DNA of 64,000 nt, taken from assembly GCF_049241225.1 (NCBI RefSeq), contig NZ_JBMLRC010000020.1:7259-71258 (forward strand). Reading direction: 5' to 3'. The notes under the pieces are model-generated. The model did no database searches. It worked only from the letters and a program-made list of their open reading frames with translations, and was not told the DNA's origin. The stretch is from Emticicia sp. (GTDB taxonomy: Bacteria; Bacteroidota; Bacteroidia; Cytophagales; Spirosomataceae). Below are positions 10,031-20,576 of this stretch, one piece after another (the first letter of the stretch is position 1; every line of letters begins with the position of its first letter). Made by a program: the position numbers and the translations under genes.

Positions 10031-10172
10031 AACTTATTTCGATTTTGATTTCGTTTCTGTTTTGTTCGTCCCGAAATCATGATGCAAAGGTATAGCTTTT
10101 ATTTTAACTTGTCAAGTCCTCTGACCAATATTTTTTAACTTTTTTTTGAAGTTTTTTTTAGTTTATTGATAA

Positions 10173-10457
10173 TCAATGTCTTGCACGTTCGAGAATTAAT
10201 TCCTTTACTTTACGTGCATCGGCCTTGGCAAAGTTTCTAATTAAAATTTCTTGTTCTCTTGCTCTTGCCTTGATTCTGATAGTTGAAAAAAAGATACCAG
10301 AGTCGATTTCTACACCTGCGATGTCGTTGTAGAAAACAAAATTTTCGGTACTACTGAATACTTTTCGTTCTTTAAATGTTACGCCTTTTTCACTGAAGAT
10401 AACCTCGTCAGGCAATAAAGGATTTTTTAAGGTACTTGCTGAAAATCTTTCGTTCAT
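10173..10457 (-). CDS. Hypothetical protein, possible bacterial PH-like domain
   Basis: Short beta-rich ORF (YNDIAGVEIDSGIFFSTIRI) downstream of rsmG. ATG at 10457 preferred. Confidence 0.65.
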   Translation of the reverse strand: MNERFSASTLKNPLLPDEVIFSEKGVTFKERKVFSSTENFVFYNDIAGVEIDSGIFFSTIRIKARAREQEILIRNFAKADARKVKELILERARH

Positions 10458-10483
10458 ATCTGTAAAATATTTGATAGTCAAAA

Positions 10484-11113
10484 TTAGAATGGTACATATA
10501 CTACTTTCTTGGTCTCAAAGAATTCTTCCGTGAAGTGATCGGATAAGTTGTATAACGAGTATTTTCCACCGAACTCTTCCAATTCTTCGGTTAAATCTCC
10601 GCCTTTTAGATACAAAATTCCGTTTCTAAGGTCATTGAATTGATTCTTTGTTACTTTATCTTTAATCCAACCATAAAATGGCTTTAAACGAGTTACTGCA
10701 CGACTCACAATGAAGTCATAATCATTGGCTACATTTTCTGCACGTTCGTGTTGAGCGGTTAAATTGGTTAGGCCGATTGCCTGTGAAACTTCCGTAACAA
10801 CTTTTATCTTCTTACCAATCGAATCAACTAAATGAAACTGGCAATCTGGAAATAATATTGCCAATGGGATTCCGGGGAAACCTCCCCCCGTACCTACATC
10901 TAAAATTTCCGTGCCAGGCTTAAACTTCATTACCTTAGCAATGCCAAGTGAGTGAAGTACGTGTTTTTCGTAAAGGTTTTCAATATCCTGACGAGAAACC
11001 ACATTAATCTGTGAATTCCAAAAACTATATAGTTCTTGCAACTGTCCAAACTGGTTTAATTGTTTTTCTGTAAGGTTTGGAAAATATTTGGTAATTAAGG
11101 AAACGTCTGACAT
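10484..11113 (-). CDS. rsmG: 16S rRNA m7G527 methyltransferase
   Basis: HVLHSL, LDVGTGGGFPGIPLAI, SRAV and YLKGG motifs. Confidence 0.96.
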   Translation of the reverse strand: MSDVSLITKYFPNLTEKQLNQFGQLQELYSFWNSQINVVSRQDIENLYEKHVLHSLGIAKVMKFKPGTEILDVGTGGGFPGIPLAILFPDCQFHLVDSIGKKIKVVTEVSQAIGLTNLTAQHERAENVANDYDFIVSRAVTRLKPFYGWIKDKVTKNQFNDLRNGILYLKGGDLTEELEEFGGKYSLYNLSDHFTEEFFETKKVVYVPF

Positions 11114-11140
11114 AAACAATTTCGGCGACCGTCGCACGGC

Positions 11141-12355
11141 TTAACGCCATTTAATTTTCTTAGGATTTGAAAATAAAGTAATTAGACCAAAAATCAGGTA
11201 ATAACCCGCATACAACATATCATAATACGGAATCTTCCATGAACTAACGGTATTATTGAGTTTTTTATTAGCTTTTGCCAGCACAATCCAACGAATAATT
11301 AGCCACAAGAAAAATACAAACGTAATTAGACGCATCCAATCATTGTATAAATAAAAATCTTGTAGGTTATTATCATCTAATAGATAAGTCGGAATACGTG
11401 ACCACTCTGGTGCTTCAAACCATTCAGGTTTAATGAAAAATACTGGTAAGAACCAAAACCAACAGATAAGATGGCTGGCCGCTAAAAGCCCCAATGAAAT
11501 TTTATCACGTAATTTATAGCGTTTGCCTACCGAAAGATGGCGACGTTTTTGTGTTATCCATTCGCTCCATGTTTTCTTCGGCACAGAAATAATGTGTGCT
11601 TGTGGCTCAATACAGATTGCTACATTTTCTTGATTTGATGCTTCATTCACAAATAAATCATCATCTCCACCCAAAAGTCCATGATGGCTTGCAAAGCCAT
11701 TTGTTACCCAAAAGAGTTCTCGACGGTACATCAAATTTCTACCGATACCCATATATGGCATTTTTGATAAGGCATACGAGAAATATTGGAGAGCCGTTTG
11801 AAAGGTTTCATAGCGAATCAAAGAATTCAATCGACTATCGGCATATTCATAAGGCGAAAACCCTAACACTATATCTTTGCCTTGGGTCATTTGGGCAACC
11901 ATATAATCAATCCAGTGTGGACTTGTTGGGCGGCAATCGGCGTCGGTCAATAAGATTATTTCTTTGGTAGCTTTCTTTATCCCCATTGTTACTGCGTATT
12001 TTTTTGCAGTAAAGTGAGCAGGAAGGCTCTCAATCCTTACAAAGTTTACCTTTTTAAAGCCTCCTTCATTGAAAAGTAAATAATCGTAAGTTCCATCAAC
12101 CGAGCGGTCATCTGAAACAATTATTTCAAAATTTGGATATTCTTGTGCTTCGAGTAGAGGAAGAAGTTCCTTCAGATTTTCAAGCTCATTCCATGCTGCT
12201 ACAACAATCGAAACACTTGGTTTCTTTTTTTGTTCGGCATTTGGCTCATGATCGTAATGTGAGAGCAAACGAGTAAAAACCCCCAAGATATAAATGAGTT
12301 GAATAACCAATGCAGTAAAAAATACAAACGGTAGTAAATAGTGCCAAAACACCAT
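11141..12355 (-). CDS. Membrane glycosyltransferase family 2 (processive-type motifs)
   Basis: DDRSVDGT, TDADC, GDDDLF and QKRRH (QxxRW-like), with TM segments at both ends. Confidence 0.85.
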   Translation of the reverse strand: MVFWHYLLPFVFFTALVIQLIYILGVFTRLLSHYDHEPNAEQKKKPSVSIVVAAWNELENLKELLPLLEAQEYPNFEIIVSDDRSVDGTYDYLLFNEGGFKKVNFVRIESLPAHFTAKKYAVTMGIKKATKEIILLTDADCRPTSPHWIDYMVAQMTQGKDIVLGFSPYEYADSRLNSLIRYETFQTALQYFSYALSKMPYMGIGRNLMYRRELFWVTNGFASHHGLLGGDDDLFVNEASNQENVAICIEPQAHIISVPKKTWSEWITQKRRHLSVGKRYKLRDKISLGLLAASHLICWFWFLPVFFIKPEWFEAPEWSRIPTYLLDDNNLQDFYLYNDWMRLITFVFFLWLIIRWIVLAKANKKLNNTVSSWKIPYYDMLYAGYYLIFGLITLFSNPKKIKWR

Positions 12356-12481
12356 GCAAATGCGGTTTAGGTGAAACTTTGTGCAAATATACAAACCTTC
12401 AATGAAACCAAGAGAAAGTTATTGCTAAAAATCAGTGAATAAATACTTGTATTAGCCAAAATGAAGGGTGAAATTTGCTGT

Positions 12482-13612
12482 ATGAAATACGAATTACACA
12501 AAACAGACTCACAGTCGAAGGCCCGTGCCGGGAAAATTACGACTGACCACGGCGAAATTCTGACGCCTATTTTTATGCCAGTTGGAACAGCTGCAACCGT
12601 AAAAGCAGTGCATCAACGAGAGTTGGCTAATGATATTAAAGCTCAAATAATCTTAGGAAATACTTATCATTTATATTTACGCCCAGGTTTGGATATTCTC
12701 GAGCGTGCTGGCGGACTTCATAAATTTAATGGTTGGAGTGGCCCAATTCTTACCGATTCGGGTGGGTATCAGGTGTTTTCACTGAAAGATATTCGTAAGA
12801 TTTCGGAAGAAGGAGTGAAGTTCCAATCGCACATTGATGGGTCGAGGCATTTGTTTACACCCGAAAATGTTATGGATACTCAGCGAACTATCGGAGCGGA
12901 TATAATTATGGCTTTTGATGAATGTGCTCCTTATCCGTGCGATTATACTTATGCTAAGAAATCAATGGAGATGACCCACCGTTGGCTAAAACGCTGCATC
13001 GACCGTTTTGATTCTACCGAAGGCAAATATGGTTATTCGCAAGCATTGTTTCCGATTGTACAAGGAAGCGTTTATAAAGATTTACGTATTCAATCGGCAG
13101 AATTTATTGCCGAGCAAAACCGTGAAGGAAATGCCATTGGAGGCTTAGCGGTAGGAGAGCCTGCCGAAAAAATGTACGAAACCATTGATTATGTCAATGA
13201 TATTTTGCCAAAAGATAAACCTCGCTATTTGATGGGAGTTGGTACGCCAGAGAATATTTTGGAGGGAATTGCTCTCGGCATTGATATGTTCGACTGCGTA
13301 ATGCCAACTCGAAATGCTCGGAACGGAATGTTATTTACAACACAAGGTATTATCAATATCAGAAACGAAAAATGGAAAGATGATTTTACGTCAATTGATG
13401 AAACACTCGGTGGTTATGTAAGCACGTTTTATTCAAAAGCTTATTTGCGTCATTTAGTAAAATGTGATGAGATTTTGGCGGCACAAATCGCCAGTGTGCA
13501 TAATCTTACATTCTATTTATGGTTAGTTGGACAAGCACGTGAGCATATTTTAGCGGGTGATTTCTTGACTTGGAAAAATGCAATGGTGAAGCAGGTAATG
13601 CAGCGGTTGTAA
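12482..13612 (+). CDS. tgt: Queuine tRNA-guanine transglycosylase
   Basis: TPIFMPVGT, LGNTYHL, TDSGGYQV and DMFDCVMPTRNARNG. Confidence 0.97.
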   Translation: MKYELHKTDSQSKARAGKITTDHGEILTPIFMPVGTAATVKAVHQRELANDIKAQIILGNTYHLYLRPGLDILERAGGLHKFNGWSGPILTDSGGYQVFSLKDIRKISEEGVKFQSHIDGSRHLFTPENVMDTQRTIGADIIMAFDECAPYPCDYTYAKKSMEMTHRWLKRCIDRFDSTEGKYGYSQALFPIVQGSVYKDLRIQSAEFIAEQNREGNAIGGLAVGEPAEKMYETIDYVNDILPKDKPRYLMGVGTPENILEGIALGIDMFDCVMPTRNARNGMLFTTQGIINIRNEKWKDDFTSIDETLGGYVSTFYSKAYLRHLVKCDEILAAQIASVHNLTFYLWLVGQAREHILAGDFLTWKNAMVKQVMQRL

Positions 13613-13625
13613 ATATAGAACTTAG

Positions 13626-13656
13626 AGGAAGTCTTCGCTCTGAGCGAAGACTTCCT
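13626..13656. terminator. Hairpin between convergent tgt and mpg
   Basis: aggaagtcttcgctc / gagcgaagacttcct perfect inverted repeat. Confidence 0.7.
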
Positions 13657-13671
13657 TTGAAAATAGTCTAT

Positions 13672-14250
13672 TCACTTCCTACTCACAAACCTATTCCCCT
13701 CAATATAAAACCGATAAGGTAAATCTGCTCCTTGTGTAATGCCGATTCGGGTAGTAGTTACGATAGAAAAATCATGATTGGTTGATGCAAGACAATGAAA
13801 TTCTTCTGAATCAAGGGTGAGAAAATTGAAATCAAGCGTAATACCCATTGCTTGCACCAATTTTGCTGGGCCACTGCATAAATTCTTTAAATCATTGGTT
13901 TTTCGGCGTTTTTGCATCAATTCGATACCTTCGGTGGGTTCTAAAGCTCTAATTAGTACTGCCTCACCAATATCTTTTGCTCCGCTCGAAATATTTACAC
14001 AATAATGCATTCCATAAATTAGATACACATAGCACGTTCCGGGGCTTTCAAACATGGGTGCATTTCGAACTGATTTTTTTCGATAAGCATGACAGGCAGG
14101 GTCGCCTTGAAGGTATCCTTCAGTTTCTACGATTATTCCTGCTGTTCGTCCTTCAGGACTTTCATGTACCAAAGTACAGCCTAAAAGTAGCTTTGATAAA
14201 GTCAATGTATCATGTTTTTCGTAAAATTCTTTGGGAAGAATATTTTGCAT
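13672..14250 (-). CDS. mpg: DNA-3-methyladenine glycosylase (MPG/AAG family)
   Basis: IVETEGY, YVYLIYGMHYC, AVLIRALEP, GPAKL and RIGI. Confidence 0.94.
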   Translation of the reverse strand: MQNILPKEFYEKHDTLTLSKLLLGCTLVHESPEGRTAGIIVETEGYLQGDPACHAYRKKSVRNAPMFESPGTCYVYLIYGMHYCVNISSGAKDIGEAVLIRALEPTEGIELMQKRRKTNDLKNLCSGPAKLVQAMGITLDFNFLTLDSEEFHCLASTNHDFSIVTTTRIGITQGADLPYRFYIEGNRFVSRK

Positions 14251-14280
14251 CTGTACTTTTGGTAAACTTTAAGTTATTGT

Positions 14281-15159
14281 ATGAAAAAACTTCTCTTTTT
14301 TGTTCTTTTATCTCACTTTTGCATGGCTCAAGATGAAGCCGCAATCATTAAGAATGCTAATTGGGAAACTACGAAGTTGGGAAGAAAGTTTTATTGGAAA
14401 CAAATACATTTTAAGCAAAAAGAGCTTTTTAGTAGCAATCAGTCTATTAATGTTTTGGAGATTTCGCTCAATAATAAAAAAGTAAAGTTTGGTTTTGCGT
14501 CCGTAGACTCGATGAAAACCGACCCACAAATCAAGCGTTCATTACAAAAAACGAGTAAAATAGCCGCCGATTTAGGAGCAGTTGCTGCAGTGAATGCTGG
14601 CTTTTTTGATATGAAAAATGGTGGAGCGGTTGATTTTCTGAAAATTGGCGGAACAGTAGTAGATACAACTCGAATATCAAATGTTGCTCGTCTGCCTTTT
14701 CATTCTATTTCGGGTGTAATTATCGAAAATAATAAGGTAAGCATCATCAAAGGAGAGCAAAAAGCGGGTTGGGAGAAAAACCTAACGCAAGAAAATGTTT
14801 TATTGACTGGACCTTTGTTAATGTATAATGGCGGAATGGAAGAGTTGGCTAAAACCCCTTTCAATGATAATCGTCATCCTCGTACGTGTGCTTGTGTAAC
14901 AAATGATAAAAAATTGTTGTTGATTACCGTAGATGGGCGTTCTGCTGAGTCTTTTGGTATGACTTTAGCTGAATTAAGTACATTGGCAAAGGCTTTGAAT
15001 TGTAAAGAAGCTATTAATTTTGATGGTGGTGGCTCAACAACCATGTATATCAAAGGCCAACCCGAAAGTGGTGTGGTGAATTATCCATCAGACAATAAAT
15101 TGTTTGACCATGCTGGCGAACGCCCTGTTAGTAATATTTTTTATATAAAAAGACGATAG
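14281..15159 (+). CDS. Secreted phosphodiester glycosidase (NAGPA-like) family protein
   Basis: Signal peptide, NAGFF, RHPRT, VDGR and NFDGGGST. Confidence 0.88.
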   Translation: MKKLLFFVLLSHFCMAQDEAAIIKNANWETTKLGRKFYWKQIHFKQKELFSSNQSINVLEISLNNKKVKFGFASVDSMKTDPQIKRSLQKTSKIAADLGAVAAVNAGFFDMKNGGAVDFLKIGGTVVDTTRISNVARLPFHSISGVIIENNKVSIIKGEQKAGWEKNLTQENVLLTGPLLMYNGGMEELAKTPFNDNRHPRTCACVTNDKKLLLITVDGRSAESFGMTLAELSTLAKALNCKEAINFDGGGSTTMYIKGQPESGVVNYPSDNKLFDHAGERPVSNIFYIKRR

Positions 15160-15229
15160 TCCACAGACGACTGTCCATAGTTAAAAGTCATAATTTTCAC
15201 GAAACTATCGACCATAGTCTGCGGACTAT
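15156..15229. repeat. Heptamer-based imperfect inverted repeat (27-bp arms)
   Basis: atagtccacagacgactgtccatagtt and aactatcgaccatagtctgcggactat are complementary at 22 of 27 positions. Confidence 0.75.
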
Positions 15230-15238
15230 GGACAAAAA

Positions 15239-16453
15239 ATGCAACAAGTACAATATAAATACCGTCCCGAAAACCTTACTATTTCAGAACCGAATAAGTA
15301 CAAACCCGAAGATTTATATTCGGAAGAAATGGTACTGAATCTTGGTCCACAGCACCCATCTACACACGGAGTTTTGCGTTTGGAAGTGCTTACTGATGGA
15401 GAGATTGTGGTTGATGTTGTATCTCATTTGGGCTATTTACACCGTTGTTTTGAGAAGCACGCCGAAAGTTTACCATTCAATCAAATTATTCCTTACGTTG
15501 ATAGAATGGATTATGTGGCGGCCATGAATTCGGAGTTGGCGTATGTGATGGGGATTGAAAAAATGCTCGGAATTGATAAGGATTTGCCAAAAAGAGTTGA
15601 ATATATCAGAGTTTTGGTGGCTGAATTAAACCGTTTGGCTTCTCATTTTATTGCCATTGGTACGTATGCACTCGATATTGGTGCAGCAACGCCGTTTCTT
15701 TGGATTTTCCGTGACCGTGAGCATATTATGCGTATGCTCGAATGGCTTTGCGGTGCCCGAATGCTCTATAATTATGTTTGGGTAGGAGGATTGTTCTATG
15801 ATTTGCCAGTTGGTTTTGAAGAACGTTGCCGAGAATTTATTGATTATTTGAAGCCAAAACTCATTGAATTACAACAGCTTGTCATCGAAAATCATATTTT
15901 TATTAATCGTACGGCAAATATTGGCGTTTTGCCTTTGCCTATGGCTATCAATTATGGTTGTACAGGACCAGTTTTGCGTGGTTCGGGACTAAAATGGGAT
16001 TTACGGAAAGTTGATGCCTATTCGGTTTATGGTGAAATTGAGTTTGATATTCCAGTCGGGAAAGGTGAAATGGGAAAAGTAGGGGATTGCTGGGATAGAA
16101 ACAATGTACGTGTTCAAGAATGTTGGGAATCGGTGAAAATTATTGAGCAATGTCTGGAAAAACTGACTAAAGCACATAAGCGAACCACTGATTTCGATCC
16201 ACAAGCACTCGTTCCTAAGAAAATTCGCCCTCCAAAAATGGATTTTTATTGTCGTGCTGAGAATCCAAAAGGAGAATTGGGCTTCTTTTTCCGTACCGAT
16301 GGACGTTCGGATATTCCGACGAGAGTCAAAGCTCGTGCTTGTTCGTTCAATAATTTGTCAGTTCTGCCCGAATTATCCCGTGGTGGCATGATTGCCGATT
16401 TAGTAGCTGTTATTGGTTCGCTCGATGTTGTGATGGGAGAGGTGGATAGATAG
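15239..16453 (+). CDS. nuoD: NADH-quinone oxidoreductase subunit D (stand-alone)
   Basis: NLGPQHPSTHGVLRL, GYLHR, DRMDY, ENPKGELG and C-terminal DVVMGEVDR. Confidence 0.94.
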   Translation: MQQVQYKYRPENLTISEPNKYKPEDLYSEEMVLNLGPQHPSTHGVLRLEVLTDGEIVVDVVSHLGYLHRCFEKHAESLPFNQIIPYVDRMDYVAAMNSELAYVMGIEKMLGIDKDLPKRVEYIRVLVAELNRLASHFIAIGTYALDIGAATPFLWIFRDREHIMRMLEWLCGARMLYNYVWVGGLFYDLPVGFEERCREFIDYLKPKLIELQQLVIENHIFINRTANIGVLPLPMAINYGCTGPVLRGSGLKWDLRKVDAYSVYGEIEFDIPVGKGEMGKVGDCWDRNNVRVQECWESVKIIEQCLEKLTKAHKRTTDFDPQALVPKKIRPPKMDFYCRAENPKGELGFFFRTDGRSDIPTRVKARACSFNNLSVLPELSRGGMIADLVAVIGSLDVVMGEVDR

Positions 16454-16579
16454 GAGAAGTTTGCAAAACTTCTGTGCCAAATTGGGAAGTGGTTTTATGA
16501 AGCTTTACTTTTAATACTTTTTATAAGTAAAATAAATACTATTTTTTTAAGAAACTATTCTTCTTTAGCTTGGTTTAAC

Positions 16580-17743
16580 TTAGATCACTTTCCTGCGAAT
16601 AACATCAATCGCAGCGGCAATAAACTTAATTTTTTTGGTCGAATTCATGATTTTTATTTCTTCCCAAAGATTAGTTTCGCCATCTAGAAACTTGAAGATT
16701 TGTGAAGCGGGGTTTCGTTCGTACAGGCGTGCAAAAACTTCGGCAGCGGGAAGTCTTTTTTGTTCGAGAACATTCAATAAAACACTTGCGTAAAAGAAAA
16801 AACGTTTCTGAAACCATGAAGTTTTTATTTGTGGTGAACCTGTTTTTTCCAGTTGTGTTACGAGTGCTTTTAAGCGTTTTTGAGTATTTTGAAAAGTATA
16901 ACCTGTAGCAGGATTTGTGTAACCGCCGGCAGTACCGATTCTGACAACGTGCTCGCTCGGAAATTCATTTGTGGCCTCATCAGACATCGGAATTATTCCA
17001 AACTCATCTTCAATTACTTCATAGTCAGCTATTTGTAATTTTTCAGAAATGTATTTTTTAAGTTCAGCATCATATTCTTTTTCTTCTAATGATCTCTCTG
17101 TAAAAAGTGTATATTCAACAATAGCGGTGTGTTCATCAAAAGGCAAAACGTACATAAAACGACATTCATTATATTGTTCTATGCCAAAATCCATCATTTC
17201 GGGTAGGGTAGGGTCGAAGACTGCTTTTTCCGAACGGATAACTAAACCCTTGAAATGTTGTAGTAAATTATGATTTTTTGGAATATTTAGCTTGAGTTTG
17301 TAGGTACTATCAAATACAAAATCAGCTTTATAGGTCTGCCCAGTTGCTGTTTTTACAGTCGCATATTCATTAGTATCTTCGATATTGATTACTGACTCCT
17401 TGATAAATTGAATATTTGGAGATTTGCTAAGTTCGGCCGTTATAAAATTATAAAAATCTATTCCTCGAAGAAGTTTGTATTGGTAGTTTCCAATATCAAG
17501 TTTCTGAATTTTGTTGGAAGCATCTCGGAAATTAACGGCATTCCATTTTTTGTATAAAATATCCTCGAAAGTGCCTTTTTTCGACTCCCAAAAAGCCCAA
17601 GTACGGTCATTTTTATTTTTTTCTTGAGGTTCGATTATCAAAATGGAAGAATGACCTAACTGGCTATTTTGTAAATAATACGCCAACGAAAGTCCCGCCA
17701 TTCCTCCTCCACAGATAATAAAATCCCAGTTGTTAGTTTTCAC
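16580..17743 (-). CDS. crtY: Lycopene cyclase family flavoprotein
   Basis: GGGMAGLSLA FAD motif, KNDRTWAFW, FMYVLPF, E.GIIPM and IGTAGGYTNPATGYTF. Confidence 0.85.
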   Translation of the reverse strand: MKTNNWDFIICGGGMAGLSLAYYLQNSQLGHSSILIIEPQEKNKNDRTWAFWESKKGTFEDILYKKWNAVNFRDASNKIQKLDIGNYQYKLLRGIDFYNFITAELSKSPNIQFIKESVINIEDTNEYATVKTATGQTYKADFVFDSTYKLKLNIPKNHNLLQHFKGLVIRSEKAVFDPTLPEMMDFGIEQYNECRFMYVLPFDEHTAIVEYTLFTERSLEEKEYDAELKKYISEKLQIADYEVIEDEFGIIPMSDEATNEFPSEHVVRIGTAGGYTNPATGYTFQNTQKRLKALVTQLEKTGSPQIKTSWFQKRFFFYASVLLNVLEQKRLPAAEVFARLYERNPASQIFKFLDGETNLWEEIKIMNSTKKIKFIAAAIDVIRRKVI

Positions 17744-17844
17744 TTGAGTTAGGTTTTGCTAAAAATAAAAAATCCATAAGATAAATTGCAGCTTATCTTA
17801 TGGAAGAACAAATTTATTTAAAATATGTTTTTGAACATTTTCTT

Positions 17845-18720
17845 TTACACATGTACGTGTCTTTCAGCATGATAACTTGAACGAACCAACGGCCCTGACT
17901 CAACATATTTCAATCCACGACGTAAGCCTTCTTCACGATACATTGCAAACGTATCTGGATGAATAAATTCAATTACTTCGTGGTGCATTTTTGTTGGTTG
18001 AAGGTATTGTCCAAGTGTAAGAATATCCAAACCGTTTTCGGCTAAATCGTCCATTGCTTTGAAAACTTCATCCTGCGTTTCACCCAAACCAAGCATAATA
18101 CCCGATTTTGTACGTTGACCGTACTCTTTTGTTCTACGGATTTGCTCTAAACTACGTGCATATTTTGCTTGCGGACGCACATTTCGGTACAAACGCTCAA
18201 CTGTTTCCATATTGTGCGAAACTACTTCTTGTCCTGCCGAAATCATACGGTAGAGGGCTTCCCAATTACTTTTTGTATCAGGAATAAGTGTTTCGATGGT
18301 AGTTTTCGGAGAAACTTCCTTCACCGCCCTTACGGTCTGATACCAAATTTCGGCACCTTTATCTTTTAATTCATCACGATTCACCGATGTAAGTACAGCG
18401 TGTTTCACTTGCATCAATTGAATAGCCTCGGCCACACGGCGTGGCTCATCGGTATCATATTCATTGGGGCGGCCGGTAGCCACGGCACAGAATGTACAGC
18501 TACGAGTACAGACATTTCCCAAAATCATAAAAGTGGCGGTTCCTTCGCCCCAACATTCACCCATATTCGGGCAATTTCCCGATTGGCATATGGTATGTAA
18601 TTTATATTCATCAACTAAGCTACGTACTTTTTTATAGTTTTCGCCAATAGGAAGTTTTACTCTCAACCAATCTGGGCGACGAGTACGTTGTTCGGTACTT
18701 ACAACGGGTAATTCTATCAT
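17845..18720 (-). CDS. lipA: Lipoyl synthase
   Basis: [12 protein letters not shown], radical-SAM CTRSCTFC and RSSYHA. Confidence 0.97.
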   Translation of the reverse strand: MIELPVVSTEQRTRRPDWLRVKLPIGENYKKVRSLVDEYKLHTICQSGNCPNMGECWGEGTATFMILGNVCTRSCTFCAVATGRPNEYDTDEPRRVAEAIQLMQVKHAVLTSVNRDELKDKGAEIWYQTVRAVKEVSPKTTIETLIPDTKSNWEALYRMISAGQEVVSHNMETVERLYRNVRPQAKYARSLEQIRRTKEYGQRTKSGIMLGLGETQDEVFKAMDDLAENGLDILTLGQYLQPTKMHHEVIEFIHPDTFAMYREEGLRRGLKYVESGPLVRSSYHAERHVHV

Positions 18721-18822
18721 TATTTTACGGAAGTTTTACTGAACTTGTCTTGCTAATTTTTCTTTTAACAAAACAAGAAGAATTTGTTACTGCAAAGGTA
18801 AGGCATTAAACCTTTAGAGGAG

Positions 18823-19602
18823 TTATTTTTTTTGTTTTCTATTTCCAAAATATACTGTCAGAAATCCTGCTGTATAAAATTGTGAGTTTTGAGATAATTG
18901 GCTCGACATAATTTCGGGTTTGCGACTAAATGCTTCAGCTGTAAGACCGATTTCAAATCCTGTGAGGCTGTTACCAAAAGTATTCATATCTATATTAGCT
19001 GCAATTTTTAGGTGAGCTCCCGGATTGATACTCATTCCTTTAAAGAAATCTTGCCATATACCAGCCGAACCTTGAATACGTGCCAATTCTTTGTGTATAT
19101 TGGGGTCAAACTGAACAACTTCAATTTGTCCTCGACCTGTACGATCATATTTGATATAATATGGCTTTTGTATGCCAATAGTAGGCCCTCCGGCTACGAT
19201 TAAACTGATCCCAATGCCATCTTCTCCATTTTTTTTGAAGTATACAATCTCTCTACCATACTGCGGACGCACCGAAAAAAGGTAATTGGTTTTTCCGTAA
19301 ATAAATCGGTTAGCAATACTGGTTGGCTCCGATTTTTCTTTGGGATGTTTTATATTTACAGCTTCAATAGCAATATAACGATGTAACGGATGCCCCGTTT
19401 TTGTACCAATCGCACTCGAATGACGCACAACTACACCTCCCAATAGACCGGAATTGGTATTAGTTGTGGCTCCATAGGCAAGCATTTTATAATCTTCACT
19501 TGTTTTTTTAGGAGCGGTTGAAGATGATTTACGCTGTGCCATGGTACTGAGCGAGCAAAGTACAAAAAATATGCTTAGAAATCGGACAATCACAGAAGCC
19601 AT
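18823..19602 (-). CDS. Hypothetical exported protein, outer-membrane beta-barrel-like
   Basis: Signal peptide, amphipathic beta strands and a C-terminal LTVYFGNR. Confidence 0.7.
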   Translation of the reverse strand: MASVIVRFLSIFFVLCSLSTMAQRKSSSTAPKKTSEDYKMLAYGATTNTNSGLLGGVVVRHSSAIGTKTGHPLHRYIAIEAVNIKHPKEKSEPTSIANRFIYGKTNYLFSVRPQYGREIVYFKKNGEDGIGISLIVAGGPTIGIQKPYYIKYDRTGRGQIEVVQFDPNIHKELARIQGSAGIWQDFFKGMSINPGAHLKIAANIDMNTFGNSLTGFEIGLTAEAFSRKPEIMSSQLSQNSQFYTAGFLTVYFGNRKQKK

Positions 19603-19767
19603 TGTTTTATTCGGGATTTATAATATAAATATAAACGTATTTTTTTATAAAAACATCACTTATGTAACCAAATAAATTAAATGAATGTTCTTTATTTTTG
19701 AAAAATAGTGTTTTTTGACTTATTTCGGGCAACATTTAATCAAAAATTAACCAATAAACCAAAGAAA

Positions 19768-20187
19768 ATGGCGACCTCGAAAATAGTTTATCTCGGCGAT
19801 TTGCGTACACAGGCTACCCACCTGCAATCAGACGAATCAATAATTACTGATGCTCCAGTTGATAATAACGGGAAAGGAGAGGCGTTTTCGCCGACTGATT
19901 TGGCCGCAACCTCTCTCGGAAGTTGTGCAATGACAATTATGGGAATAATGGCTAAGCGTGAAGGGATTGATTTTACTGGCTCAGAAATAGCAATAACGAA
20001 AATAATGTCAGCCGAACCACCTCGAAAAATTGCGAAAGTTATTGTTGATTTTACTATGAAAACCCCAGAGGCACTTACAGAAGAAGTTCAAGCAAAATAT
20101 GTTCGTGCAGCACATACTTGCCCTGTATCGTTGAGCTTACACCCTGATGTAGAACAAGTTTTTAATTTTGAATGGGTTATTGCTTAA
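19768..20187 (+). CDS. OsmC family protein
   Basis: TDAP.DNNGKGEAFSPTDL..SLGSC and CPVSLSL. Confidence 0.92.
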   Translation: MATSKIVYLGDLRTQATHLQSDESIITDAPVDNNGKGEAFSPTDLAATSLGSCAMTIMGIMAKREGIDFTGSEIAITKIMSAEPPRKIAKVIVDFTMKTPEALTEEVQAKYVRAAHTCPVSLSLHPDVEQVFNFEWVIA

Positions 20188-20193
20188 GATAAT

Positions 20194-20235
20194 TAATGGT
20201 AAATGATGTGTTTTAGCAAACATCATTTACCATTA
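20194..20235. terminator. Hairpin between convergent osmC-like gene and ytxJ
   Basis: taatggtaaatgatg / catcatttaccatta inverted repeat. Confidence 0.65.
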
Positions 20236-20240
20236 TATTT

Positions 20241-20576
20241 TTAGATATGATTCACGATTTCATCAAATCGAATATCGAAGTGCGAAGCATCGTAAACTGA
20301 TTGTCCATTTTTAATGATTAAAATCTGGGGTGATTCGTGTTCAACGCCAAATTCTTGGGCAATTTTATTTGAAATCGGACGAAGTTTTAATAAATCAAGA
20401 TAATAGGGTTTTAAATCTTTGGCAACTTCATCTTTCCACGAACGTTCTAATCTTGATAAGGCAGTAGCACTGATTGAACAAGTTGTGCTGTGCTTGAGAA
20501 TCATAACTGGCTGATTATATGATTCTTGCTTAATTTCTTCTAACTGATTCTCTTCTGTAAGGTTATTCCAATTCAT
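20241..20576 (-). CDS. ytxJ: YtxJ-family monothiol redox protein (bacillithiol-system associated)
   Basis: KHSTTCSIS, HESPQ and ASH motifs. Confidence 0.9.
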   Translation of the reverse strand: MNWNNLTEENQLEEIKQESYNQPVMILKHSTTCSISATALSRLERSWKDEVAKDLKPYYLDLLKLRPISNKIAQEFGVEHESPQILIIKNGQSVYDASHFDIRFDEIVNHI

